Shown here: positions 32,927 through 42,835 of the stretch, piece after piece
Layout: every line of letters begins with the position of its first letter
How positions within the stretch are numbered: position 1 is the stretch's first letter
From: Bythopirellula sp.
GTDB lineage: Bacteria > Planctomycetota > Planctomycetia > Pirellulales > Lacipirellulaceae
Length of the DNA stretch: 64,000 nucleotides
Assembly (NCBI GenBank): GCA_965216565.1
Contig: OZ244170.1
Coordinates: 992,001 to 1,056,000 of the forward strand
Direction: 5' to 3'
Translations under genes and position numbers: made by a program
Notes under the pieces: generated by a model
What the model saw: the letters and a program-made list of their open reading frames with translations, nothing else
What the model was told of the DNA's origin: nothing
The model's database searches: none

Positions 32927-33364
32927 ATGGATGAATTTCTAGCTGCCGCTATAGATGAAGCGAAACAGGGACTAGCCGAGGGAGGCATTCCCATTGGCTC
33001 CGTGCTGGTGATCGATAATCAAATCGTGGGAAGGGGGCACAATCGTCGGGTTCAAAAGGGAAGTGCCATTCTGCACGCCGAGATGGACTGCCTGGAAAAC
33101 GCGGGTCGGCTGACCGCGGCCGACTATCGCCGCTCGGTGCTGTACTCCACACTGTCGCCCTGCGACATGTGCAGCGGTACCGTGCTGCTTTATGAAATTC
33201 CCCGAATAGTGATCGGCGAGAATCAAACGTTCCAAGGGCCAGAAGACTATGTCCGCTCGCGAGGTGTCGAGCTGGAGATCGTCGACAACGAAGAGTGCGT
33301 CAACCTCATGAAAGCTTTCATCGCCGACCATCCCCAGTTGTGGAACGAAGACATTGGCGTCTAA
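32927..33364 (+). CDS. Zn-dependent nucleoside/cytosine deaminase (fungal Fcy1-like CDA fold)
   Basis: EGGIPIGS, GHNRRVQ, HAEMDCLENAGR, LSPCDMC and WNEDIG motifs. Confidence 0.88.
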   Translation: MDEFLAAAIDEAKQGLAEGGIPIGSVLVIDNQIVGRGHNRRVQKGSAILHAEMDCLENAGRLTAADYRRSVLYSTLSPCDMCSGTVLLYEIPRIVIGENQTFQGPEDYVRSRGVELEIVDNEECVNLMKAFIADHPQLWNEDIGV

Positions 33365-33437
33365 ACGACATTGCAAATTTGCCATCGGAACTATTCAATT
33401 TACAATTTGCATTATCCAATAACCTATTTGCAATCCA

Positions 33438-34478
33438 ATGTTTTTCACGCCTAGAATTCGCCTCAAGCCCCTAGCCCAGCTCTGCCATCGCTTGGCGATT
33501 GCAACCAATGCGGGACTAGAAGATCGTAAGATCTGGCGAGACGAAGCCGAGCGAGGTTCTCGCGCCCAGCAGCAGGCGGCCGAGATCATTCGCGATGAAA
33601 TAGCCGCCGGTAATTCGCTCACCGAAGCGATCAGCAAGACGGGCAAGTTTTATCCACCGCTGTTCCGCAGCATGATTGGAGTAGGCGAGAATAGTGGTCA
33701 GCTGGGACGCACCTACAAACGCGTTGCCCAACATTACGATAAGACACTCGCTGCCCGTCGTGCCTTTATGGGCCGACTCTCTTGGCCCTTGTTGCAGCTT
33801 TGCCTCGCGCTCTTCGTGATTGGTCTGCTGATCTGGATTATGGGACTACTACCCGCCAACACGGGGCCCAACGGTCCGCAGGCGGATATTCTTGGACTTG
33901 GTTTGATCGGCACTCCCGGGCTCGTGGTCTATCTCAATGTCGTGATCCTGATTGCGATTGGGTTGATTCTGGTGATCGAAGCCGTCCGGCGCGGTGCGCT
34001 TTGGACCCGTTCGTTCCAGCGGATGATCGTGAACGTACCCATGATTGGCGGAGCGATTAAAACATTGGCCCTGGCTCGTTTCACCTGGGCTTTGCAACTG
34101 GTGCTCGACACTTCTATGGACTTGCGCCGCGCTTTGCCGTTGGCGCTCGATGCCAGTGGCAATGAATATTTTGCGCAACACGGTCCAGCGGTAGCCCGTC
34201 GCATTCAACAAGGCAGCGACCTGCATTCCGCACTCGTGCTAACCGAGGCTTTCCCGGTGGAGTTGCTCGACCAGATTGCCGTGGGTGAAGAAAGCGGCCG
34301 ACTCGTAGAAACCATGAAGCATCAGGCCGAGGAATATCAAGAACGAGCTGGGCTAGCGATCTCCATTCTGGCTCAATTCGCCGGCTACGCCGTCTGGGCC
34401 ATGGTCGCGGCGTTTATCATTGTGATCATCTTTCGGCTGTTCTCATTCTACGTCGAACAAATCAACAGCTTGCTCTAG
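33438..34478 (+). CDS. Type II secretion F / PilC family inner membrane platform protein
   Basis: Two T2SSF repeats (GENSGQL, GEESGRL) with TM segments. Confidence 0.88.
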   Translation: MFFTPRIRLKPLAQLCHRLAIATNAGLEDRKIWRDEAERGSRAQQQAAEIIRDEIAAGNSLTEAISKTGKFYPPLFRSMIGVGENSGQLGRTYKRVAQHYDKTLAARRAFMGRLSWPLLQLCLALFVIGLLIWIMGLLPANTGPNGPQADILGLGLIGTPGLVVYLNVVILIAIGLILVIEAVRRGALWTRSFQRMIVNVPMIGGAIKTLALARFTWALQLVLDTSMDLRRALPLALDASGNEYFAQHGPAVARRIQQGSDLHSALVLTEAFPVELLDQIAVGEESGRLVETMKHQAEEYQERAGLAISILAQFAGYAVWAMVAAFIIVIIFRLFSFYVEQINSLL

Positions 34479-34508
34479 CAACTAGAATTTGAACCAGTGT
34501 TCAAAGAA

Positions 34509-34587
34509 TGAGCCGAACGCGCTAGCGTCGGGTAGCACCGGAACAACACTATGATCCACAGAGCCCGCGGCTAGCGCCGTCGGCTCA
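34509..34587. repeat. TGAGCCGA...TCGGCTCA inverted-repeat element
   Basis: TGAGCCGAACGCGCTAGCGTCGGG ... CCCGCGGCTAGCGCCGTCGGCTCA between convergent genes. Confidence 0.7.
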
Positions 34588-34671
34588 CACACATCTGAAA
34601 CAGCTCGTTTTACGCTTAGTAAGGTCGTGGTTTATTCCTCTGCGGCTCCGCGCCTCTGCGAGAAACAAACC

Positions 34672-35466
34672 CTACGGCAAACTCTCCAGATGTTCCAGCA
34701 AAGCCAACTCCGGTTTCGCCATACGATTGCCCAGTTGCGTGCCCAAGAGTGCGCCCGCTCCACCCTGACGCAGATCGGCCAGGTAGTCGATCAAGACATT
34801 GGATAACTCGTGCTCTGACTCCAGCAGCATGTGAACCCAGGCCCAAGCTTCCGCATAGTCCTCCTGAGTCATTCCCGCTGCCGCATCGATTTGCTCGAGA
34901 CGCGCCAAGCTGGGCGACCACTCCTCAGTAATCTGCTTTTGGCTAAGCAGGCGGACGTGAGCCCGATTCATGCCACCGCGAGCTTTGCCAACTTCAAAAT
35001 ACTCAGCCAATCCCTCATCTAACCAGAGCGGTAAATTGGGGATCGCAGCGTGCAGGTAACCGTGCGAAACTTCATGTCGCAAGTCGTCGGCTACGTGTTC
35101 GCCCCAGTGGGCATATACGGAAAGCTGATCGCCGTGAACAACAAATATGGCCCGACGATTTGCAAACTCAGGAAACTTGCGTTCCATCTCCGCGTAGTAA
35201 GCCGCATCGTCGGCAAACAGATACACATGAATCGGTACCTCAGTGGCCGAGAGCCGCAGCGTATTGGTGAGCCATTCGCGCTGAGCGGTTAGCTCCTCAA
35301 TCAAACGGTGCTCTTCGTCCAACGAAAAATCGCTGTGCAAAACAAGTTGGTCACGCGCAATGCGATGCTCAAACGGAGTAACCGGCGCAGGCAGCCGCAG
35401 ACTGTGACAACCGATTGTCACCGCCGCTAGAGCCAAGCCAATGATTCGTACGCTGCGTTGCAACAT
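34672..35466 (-). CDS. DUF1570-like putative zinc metallopeptidase lipoprotein
   Basis: Lipobox-like VTIGC, HEVSHGYLH (HExxH), PLWLDEGLAEYFE and YAEAWAWVH motifs. Confidence 0.8.
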   Translation of the reverse strand: MLQRSVRIIGLALAAVTIGCHSLRLPAPVTPFEHRIARDQLVLHSDFSLDEEHRLIEELTAQREWLTNTLRLSATEVPIHVYLFADDAAYYAEMERKFPEFANRRAIFVVHGDQLSVYAHWGEHVADDLRHEVSHGYLHAAIPNLPLWLDEGLAEYFEVGKARGGMNRAHVRLLSQKQITEEWSPSLARLEQIDAAAGMTQEDYAEAWAWVHMLLESEHELSNVLIDYLADLRQGGAGALLGTQLGNRMAKPELALLEHLESLP

Positions 35467-35705
35467 TTGCTTTTCGCATCGGTGCGTGACAGTCGAGGGT
35501 TGAAGGAGCCCCGAGAACGTTGGAGAATTGTAACGAGCTGTCAAATAGGCATGAAGGTCAGTTAAACAGCCCAATTCTCGGCTAGAAAAACTCTCCCCGG
35601 GGTGTGGCTGGGGATGGTACGATATCTAGGGCAGATTCCTGCCGGTGGCAGCACTTGGGACGCGCAAACTCGTCCTGCCAATCCAGCACCAGAGAAGAGA
35701 CAACT

Positions 35706-37912
35706 ATGATTAAACTGTTTGGAACGAGCAGAGTCTTCAACGCGACTTTGCTGTTGGCTCTCACGGGGCTGGTTGGCCAAAGTGTCGCTGAGGAAGCAGG
35801 GTTTCCCGGCTGGCAAGGGCTACGGGTGATCGAGCAAAAGGGCCGCCCCTATCGAATTTGCCAGGGAAATATCGATGGTCATCCGGGCGACGAGCTGATT
35901 GTCGTCAATTATCGGTCCTCGCGGCTGGACATCTATAGTTGGCTACCACCGCAGGAACGCGAGAAGTCGAGCGAAGCCGGGAGTTCCGCAGAAACTCAGC
36001 CCAACGAATTGCCGATGGCTCGGGAAATTCGTCAGCGGGAACTTCAGCTGGAACGCGTGCCTCGCGATGTGCTGCTCCACGATTTGGACGATGATGGCAC
36101 GGCAGAGCTGATCATCCTGGTTTCGCCTCCCAATCAGCTTTTGGTCTATCGCCATAATGCTGACGGCGAATGGGTTGAGAGGAGCAAATACGACTTGCTC
36201 GATGCCGATGTCTCCTCAAAGCGAAAGGCACTACTGGCTCGGGAATTAGAATCGGGGCATCTCGAAGTGCTTGTTAGTTGCGATGAGGGCATCCAAACGA
36301 TTGAGATCCAGCCAGGCGCTCGCGCCGAGTGGCTTACACCCCGTGAGAAGCAGTCTCGCAAGAATTGGTGGATGGCCGACTTGGATGGCGATGGTCACGA
36401 AGACTTAGTCGAACACACTAGCGATTCCGATGCACCGCTACGCTGGTTTCGAGGCGGCGATGGAGATCGACTCGCCCCGGCCGCGACACTTATTGACCGC
36501 TCGGTCAGCGATGCCGAAGTATTCAGCACAGCTGACGATGCAGAAATCGCATTGCTAGACGGTTCGGTGCGACAACTTATGCGTCGCTATCGGCTGGAAC
36601 ATGGGGATCCTAGCGATTTCGGTTTGCAACGCCCCTTAGCGATGGACGATGCCAGTAAGACAGCTTGGTGTGGCATGTGGCAAGGCGATCAACGGGCTTT
36701 GGTAGTTGCCGATCGGAAACGCCCACAGTTGCTGTGCTACTCGCTTGACGAAAATGGTTGGTCGGAGCAGAAGTCTTACCCGGCTGTCTCGGGAATTCAA
36801 AAACTGGCATCGCCTGCCGCCCAGGCTGGGACGCTACTTATCTGGGCCAAAGAGGCTTCGGATCTATTGGTGAGTGAGTGGAAAGAGGGTCGTCTCACGT
36901 ATCCGCTGCCTGACGTGCGTTCTGGAGAATCGGAAGACCGAAAGATCCTCGCGCTCGAAACGGTCGGTACCACCACTTGGTGGGCACAAAAGTGGGTAAG
37001 CATTTAGACTTTTATCACTGGCCGAAAGAGGCCGCGGAACCTGAAGTGAAACGATTCGAGAATGTTGGTTCTAAATCAAACGAAGTGCTCTGGATTGGTG
37101 GCGAGCGTTTGTTGGTGAAGGACACGCATTCTCGCGGCCTGAAACTGGTCTCGCTCGAAGAGGGAAAGACCAAGATTAGTACACCCACGCATCTCAAAAA
37201 AGCCAATCTGAGTGAGTATGACTTGGTTGAAGTGGGCGACGAGATGCGGCTTGCCCGATTGGTGAATGGCGTCTTGCAATGGATCGGTGACGATTTGCTC
37301 TCGCACGATCAGGTGATGTTGCCGCAAGGGCAGGAATTGGCCGACTACGTTGCCGACGGTACTGATGGCGGGTGGGCGCTGGAGCTTGAAAATCCCTATG
37401 TCCACCGAATCAAGATCGAGCCTTCCGGCCTCAGCGTGGCAGAAGAACGGTTGAAGGTTGCGAATGGAAAGCGGTTGATCCGCGATGATGTGTTGGGTTT
37501 GCTTCTCGTCGGACACGATCGGCTGACGCAGCTTAGTGCTGGGCGACCCTTGGAATTGAAATTGATCGAAGCAATTGACCAACGAGTTGCGCAAACGGGT
37601 GGCGTAAAGAAAACTCGCTTTCATCGGCTCGGAGCTACCGATCTCGATGGCGACGGATACGAAGAGCTCATGCTATTCGACGATCTCGAGCATCGTATCA
37701 CCGCACTCTCAGAGAAAAATGAGCTCCTGAAGCCGGTCATCTCGTGGCCGGTGTTCGACGACAAGGTCTATCCCTATGGGGATGAGTACGAGAGCTTGGT
37801 GCAGGAACCGCGGGCTGCTATTTCGCTCGATATAGACGGCGACGGGCATCGCGATTTGGCGATGCTCTCACAAGATCGACTGATTATTTACCTGGCAAGA
37901 GACGAACCATGA
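35706..37912 (+). pseudogene. Secreted FG-GAP/VCBS repeat protein split by a -1 frameshift near 36988
   Basis: DLDDDG/DLDGDG/DIDGDG repeats in both ORFs (35604-37007, 36977-37912). At GCACAAAAGTGGGT one extra A would give a continuous WWAQKVGKHLD. Confidence 0.75.
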
Positions 37913-39057
37913 TTCAATCAACACAACGAAAGCCAGTTTCAAATGTCCCTCTCCCCTGCAGGGGTACTCCAGAAGTCCCCCTCCCTCACAGGGAGCGGCT
38001 AGGGGAGGGTTATATTGCTCGCAAGCAAGGCACTTCGATTGCCCTTCCCGCAAAGCCAAGTACCGGCAGGCAAATACTGCTTGTAGCGGCTGCGTTGATT
38101 CTCTCACTCGGAATCCACAAGCAAGCTCATGCCGACGATAAGGTGGTCACTGTAAAACTTGCCGGTGGTGCGCAACTCACGGCTACGCTTCTACAGAAGA
38201 CCGACGAACGTGTCGTGCTCGATTTGGGGCATGAGATAGTAACGGTCGACGCCAAACGCGTGCTTTCCATCGAGGGGCCCGGGAACGAGCCAGAGATCCA
38301 AACACGCAGAAGCGATTTCTACACCTTGGGCCGACTAGAGGAAGCTCCTGTGCCAGCCTTAGTCAAGCGTTTTGGCGACGCGGTGGTGACCGTTAATACA
38401 CCGTTAGGACTGGGGAGTGGCTTCGTCATTAGCAAACGAGGTCATGTCATCACCAATTATCACGTTGTCGAGGACAGCCTGAAAGTGAAAGTTACTGTTT
38501 TCAGGCGTGGCGAAAACGCGTATGAAAAACGTCAACTCAAAAAAGTTAAGATCTTGGCCCTCAATCCGCTTCGCGATCTGGCATTGCTAAAACTCGACGA
38601 AGAAGAAATGGCCGAGCAAGAGATCAAGCCGGTTGTGATCGCCGAGAAACCGAGCGTGCGTGTGGGCGATTTGGTGTTTGCCATTGGCAATCCCCTGGGG
38701 CTGGAGCGTTCGGTCACGCAGGGGATTGTGAGCTCCACGACCCGCACGATGGGACATCTGCGGTTCATCCAGACCGATGCCTCCATTAACCCCGGCAATA
38801 GCGGCGGTCCGCTGTTTAATTCCCGCGGTGAGGTCGTCGGAGTCGTCTGTGCCGGTTATAGTTTCTTCGATGGGTTGGCGTTTGGGATCCCGGCTTCAGA
38901 CCTGGTGCAGTTTCTCAAGCATCGGGATGCCTATTTGTTTGATCCCACCCAACCCCAAAATGGCGTTAAGTATTTCGAGCCGCCCTTTCGCAAGGACGAC
39001 GATTCCCAAAACCAATCTGAACAGGCAGTGGCCGTGAAGCCAGCGGTTAAGGAGTAA
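37909..39057 (+). CDS. Trypsin-like serine protease (S1C) without PDZ
   Basis: GSGF, ITNYHVV, DLALL and QTDASINPGNSGGPL motifs; ATGA-coupled to the upstream gene. Confidence 0.9.
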   Translation: MIQSTQRKPVSNVPLPCRGTPEVPLPHRERLGEGYIARKQGTSIALPAKPSTGRQILLVAAALILSLGIHKQAHADDKVVTVKLAGGAQLTATLLQKTDERVVLDLGHEIVTVDAKRVLSIEGPGNEPEIQTRRSDFYTLGRLEEAPVPALVKRFGDAVVTVNTPLGLGSGFVISKRGHVITNYHVVEDSLKVKVTVFRRGENAYEKRQLKKVKILALNPLRDLALLKLDEEEMAEQEIKPVVIAEKPSVRVGDLVFAIGNPLGLERSVTQGIVSSTTRTMGHLRFIQTDASINPGNSGGPLFNSRGEVVGVVCAGYSFFDGLAFGIPASDLVQFLKHRDAYLFDPTQPQNGVKYFEPPFRKDDDSQNQSEQAVAVKPAVKE

Positions 39058-39059
39058 CC

Positions 39060-41102
39060 ATGAGAGCGATCTTGGATCGTGTTCGTCAATTTTTCTTCTT
39101 GAATTCGTTCATTCTTTTGCACTGTGTACTGGCAGCCTCCTGCTTCGGCCAAAGCGTTGGGGCACTGCTAGGTGGCGAAGCTGTTCGCAACGAAATGGCT
39201 TCCGGTGTGGACACCTGGGATTGCCTGCCCGAGGAAACGGCGTTTGCTATGCGCATTCCGAATGGCAAGGCGTTCGCCAGGCAATTTATCGAAAACACAA
39301 AGCTCGGCAGCGTGATACTCAGCGAGAAGCGGAAGGAACTCATTTCGCAGGGACTTGCCAAGCATGGATCGGAAAATATAGACAGCTTTGAATTGGATTT
39401 AAAGAAATTTGGTCTGACATGGGACGATTTGTTGCAACTGTTCGCTGGCGAAACCGGTTATGCAGTAGTTGTGGTCGAAGGCGATCGCGGGCAGTCGGTA
39501 CCCCTGGGCTTGGCGTGGATGGAGCCTGGCCAGGAACTAGCCGACAAGAGTCTCGAAGCACTCGCCCAAGCCATTGATTCCGAAGACGACTCAGAGCATC
39601 CGCCCACCCGAATCGATGTAGAGCTTGCCGGTACGGAAGTCATGCAGCTGACACTTCCGGATATTTCAGTCGAGTATTCCGACGAGTTCGAGTACCCGGA
39701 AAACTACGAAGACTTGCCCCAGGATGAAAAGGAGCAGGCTTGGGAAGAGGCCTACGAGAAATGGGAAAACAGCGCCACCGAAAAAGTGAACTACGGCACA
39801 GCACTAATCGCAACCTATCAAGGCCGGTTACTCATTGGCCATAGTTTTGCTCAGTCGGAGAGCGAAGACACGCATCCAGATGGCGAGCGTTTGGCGGGGC
39901 TCTTTACCCGGTTGTTGGAATCGCACGAGGAGAACTCCTCGGCTGGAGGTTTTGTTGAGAAGTATGCCGATAGCGAAGAGGTAGCCCGAGTCATGGGCAT
40001 CGAGGGCACTGCATGTCTCGAATTGGTTGGCGAGGCGCAGGCACTTATGCAATTGGCCAAACAGAGTGCCGCTGATGAAGGATTTGCCGCTCGAATTGAC
40101 CGTGTGTTTGGGTTCGAATCGCTGGGGCAATTTGCCATCAAGAGTGCATTGGATGGCAATCTATGGGAAACGCAGGCGACCATCTCTATCTCCGAGCCCC
40201 GCGAAGGTGTGATGCAATTGGTCGACCAAGAGGCAGTTGATTTGGATCCACCCGCTTGGGTGCCTGCCAGTGCGGTCAGCTACAGCCAGATTAGTTTCGA
40301 TCTGGGAGCCGCTTACGCCTTGGTAAAAGATGTAGTTACCGCAGAATTCCCTCAGCAATCGCAATACTTCGGGTTGGTTGAGATGCAGTTGTTTGGTTTT
40401 GCCCAAGCAAGCTTAGAAGACGTGCTCAGCTCGCTTGGCACACGGCACGCATTGGCGACGTTTGCCGTGCAAGTCGAAGAATCAGACGACGCGATGCCAC
40501 AGAAACCCGAGGTCATTGCTCTCGTATGGCAATTGGCCGACGAGCAGATATGGAAGAATATCTTCAAAGCCGCTTCGCCCTGGGTCAAGAATCTGCCGGG
40601 CGGTGAGGTAAGCGACGAACAAGGCTACAACGGTTTTCGCTTTTCGAACAACAACTCCAAAGCTGGAGTGTTCCTGGGAAATGGTACTTTAGTGCTGGTC
40701 GTGGGTCCCGGCATGATCGAGGCGGTTCTTTCGGCTGTGAACGATCCGCCGGAAGGATCCGATGCGTATCGTGAAAGCGAAGTCTTCCAAAAGGGCGCCG
40801 GACTGTTACCGTCCGAATCAGGAATCGGGTTCTCGATTACCGATGGCAACGAGTATGCCGTGGTGCTACGCGACTGGATGGCGAGCATGATCGAGAATAT
40901 AGAAACCATGCGCGAAGCCATGTATGCCGCCGACGAACCGGAGGAAGACGAAGAACTCTGGGCGCTGGACCTCATGAAAAAGCTGATGCCCAATGATGAC
41001 GAAATCGAAAACATCATGGGCGTCTCAGCCACTAGCTACGAAGTCAACGACGCGGGCATGCAGTTGTTCTCAATCCAAGAATTGCCCCCGCCTGGGGAGT
41101 GA
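39060..41102 (+). CDS. Large secreted acidic hypothetical protein (DUF3352-like)
   Basis: Signal-like N-terminus, CLPEETAFAMRI and PAWVPASA motifs; 2 nt after the protease gene, with AGGAG RBS. Confidence 0.65.
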   Translation: MRAILDRVRQFFFLNSFILLHCVLAASCFGQSVGALLGGEAVRNEMASGVDTWDCLPEETAFAMRIPNGKAFARQFIENTKLGSVILSEKRKELISQGLAKHGSENIDSFELDLKKFGLTWDDLLQLFAGETGYAVVVVEGDRGQSVPLGLAWMEPGQELADKSLEALAQAIDSEDDSEHPPTRIDVELAGTEVMQLTLPDISVEYSDEFEYPENYEDLPQDEKEQAWEEAYEKWENSATEKVNYGTALIATYQGRLLIGHSFAQSESEDTHPDGERLAGLFTRLLESHEENSSAGGFVEKYADSEEVARVMGIEGTACLELVGEAQALMQLAKQSAADEGFAARIDRVFGFESLGQFAIKSALDGNLWETQATISISEPREGVMQLVDQEAVDLDPPAWVPASAVSYSQISFDLGAAYALVKDVVTAEFPQQSQYFGLVEMQLFGFAQASLEDVLSSLGTRHALATFAVQVEESDDAMPQKPEVIALVWQLADEQIWKNIFKAASPWVKNLPGGEVSDEQGYNGFRFSNNNSKAGVFLGNGTLVLVVGPGMIEAVLSAVNDPPEGSDAYRESEVFQKGAGLLPSESGIGFSITDGNEYAVVLRDWMASMIENIETMREAMYAADEPEEDEELWALDLMKKLMPNDDEIENIMGVSATSYEVNDAGMQLFSIQELPPPGE

Positions 41103-41110
41103 GCATTAAC

Positions 41111-41590
41111 GTAGGGTGCGATGAAGCGAAGCGCAATCGCACCGATACTCTTACCGGAATAGCCACAAGAAACACGAAGAGGATAAGCGAGGATAGTCAT
41201 GTTTGTAGCCATCGTCGCCAGACGGTGGATTCGCATGCAATTTCCACGCTCTGGTGAGCGTGGCTACGGGCACAGATTCTAGTTGGACCGTATGATGGTG
41301 CGATTGCGCGGGTGGCACTGACACTTGTCCGGCGTGAGGCAAGCCACCTCATGGACTTATTCGGACACGTGTCAGTGAGCGTAGCTCAAGAGGTCATGAA
41401 GCCCGCGGTGTTTGCCTCTTGTGTTTCACACACCGACAATCGTTCGAATTAGCGAACGAGATTGCCAACGTTGCTCCGAACGACTGTCGCTGCCACCCGA
41501 AAATCAGAACGCTACCCGGAAATAGTGCGATTGCGCTTCGCTCCATCGCACCCTACCGTCTTTTGTGCCCCTTTGTGCTTTTTGTGGCCA
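41111..41590. repeat. Nested mosaic of REP-like elements
   Basis: Outer GTAG-type IR at 41111-41142 / 41525-41556 (31/32); inner GTAGCCA...TGGCTAC pair; CACTGACAC..GTGTCAGTG pair; GCCACAA..-type heptamer tracts. Confidence 0.75.
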
Positions 41591-41600
41591 TTAATATCCA

Positions 41601-42746
41601 CTACGCAGGCTCACCCTTGCCCGCAATCACATCATCCAACTCTGCCCTCAGTCGTGGCAAAATTTCTTCATAGCCGAACTGCCCGAGAGCGGTGCTGCCG
41701 CGTTTGAGATTCACATAAGTGGGGCCGCACCAGAGACCAAGGTCTGCGTCGTCCGTTTCGCCGGGGCCATTTACTCGACAGCCCATCACGGCAATCGTGA
41801 CCGCGTGGTCGGCGGCGTAGCGGGTCATTTCTTTCACCTGCTCGGCAAGCTCGATGAAAGCCTCGTTCTCCACCCGCGAACAACTGGGGCAACTGATGAT
41901 GTTGAGCGTATCGAGACCGAAATCGACCACCGAGCGGACACGACCATGGCGGATGTCGTCGAGAATCTGTCGGCCCGCTTCGATCTCCTCCGGCTTGCGA
42001 GGATTGGAGACGGTCAGCGAGACGCGAATCGTATCGCCGATGCCGCGGCTGATGAGTTGCTCAAACGCAATGCGCGTTTTGATAATGCCGTCCGGCGGCA
42101 AGCCTGCTTCGGTCACGCCCAGGTGAAGTGGCACGTCGGAACGCTGCTCGGCAAATCGCTGATTCACCTCAATCACCTTCTGCGGGTCGGAATCCTTGAG
42201 CGAGACGCAATACCGCGTGAACCCTAGCCCATCGAGCACCTCGCAATGCTCCCAAGCGCTGGCCAACATGGGGCCAATGGAATCGTCTTCGGCAAACTGC
42301 GCTTTCTTGTCGGGATCGACGCTACCGCAATTGACCCCGACTCGCATCGCACAATCATGCTCAGCAGCGATGCCCGCCAGATACTGTACCTTTTCCTGCC
42401 AGGGCTTTTCGCGTTCGTGATGGTAGAGATGTCCAGGGTTGTAACGGAGCTTGTCGACAAACGGGGCGACGACTTCTGCCAGACGATAGTTTTCCTGCAG
42501 ATCGACGGCCAGATTGGCTAAGGTTTGCTCTCGGATGAATCGCAGGGCTTCGGCATCTTTGGTGCTATCGACAGCCACGCGGACCACATCAGCCCCAGCA
42601 TCGTGCAAAGCCTGGATTTGCTCGACGGTGGCTTCGACATCCTGCGTCGACGTGGCAGTCATGCTCTGGATAGCAATCGGATGATCCTGGCCGATCGTCA
42701 CCGAACCTATCTTCACCGATCGTGTGGGATTGCGAATAATTTCCAT
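41601..42746 (-). CDS. ispG: (E)-4-hydroxy-3-methylbut-2-enyl-diphosphate synthase
   Basis: [39 protein letters not shown] and [12 protein letters not shown] motifs; start approximate. Confidence 0.94.
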   Translation of the reverse strand: MEIIRNPTRSVKIGSVTIGQDHPIAIQSMTATSTQDVEATVEQIQALHDAGADVVRVAVDSTKDAEALRFIREQTLANLAVDLQENYRLAEVVAPFVDKLRYNPGHLYHHEREKPWQEKVQYLAGIAAEHDCAMRVGVNCGSVDPDKKAQFAEDDSIGPMLASAWEHCEVLDGLGFTRYCVSLKDSDPQKVIEVNQRFAEQRSDVPLHLGVTEAGLPPDGIIKTRIAFEQLISRGIGDTIRVSLTVSNPRKPEEIEAGRQILDDIRHGRVRSVVDFGLDTLNIISCPSCSRVENEAFIELAEQVKEMTRYAADHAVTIAVMGCRVNGPGETDDADLGLWCGPTYVNLKRGSTALGQFGYEEILPRLRAELDDVIAGKGEPA

Positions 42747-42835
42747 CTGTTCTGTTTCTAATGCCATCTCACTAAGTGTAACCGAACTTTTGACGTTCAA
42801 TCCACGTATTGGGTTTCAAAAAAAGGCGACTCGGC

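Noticed and set aside
33370..33436. Degenerate ATTTGCA-type heptamer tract as a regulatory site
   Set aside because: Too degenerate to assign; looks like another short repeat remnant.
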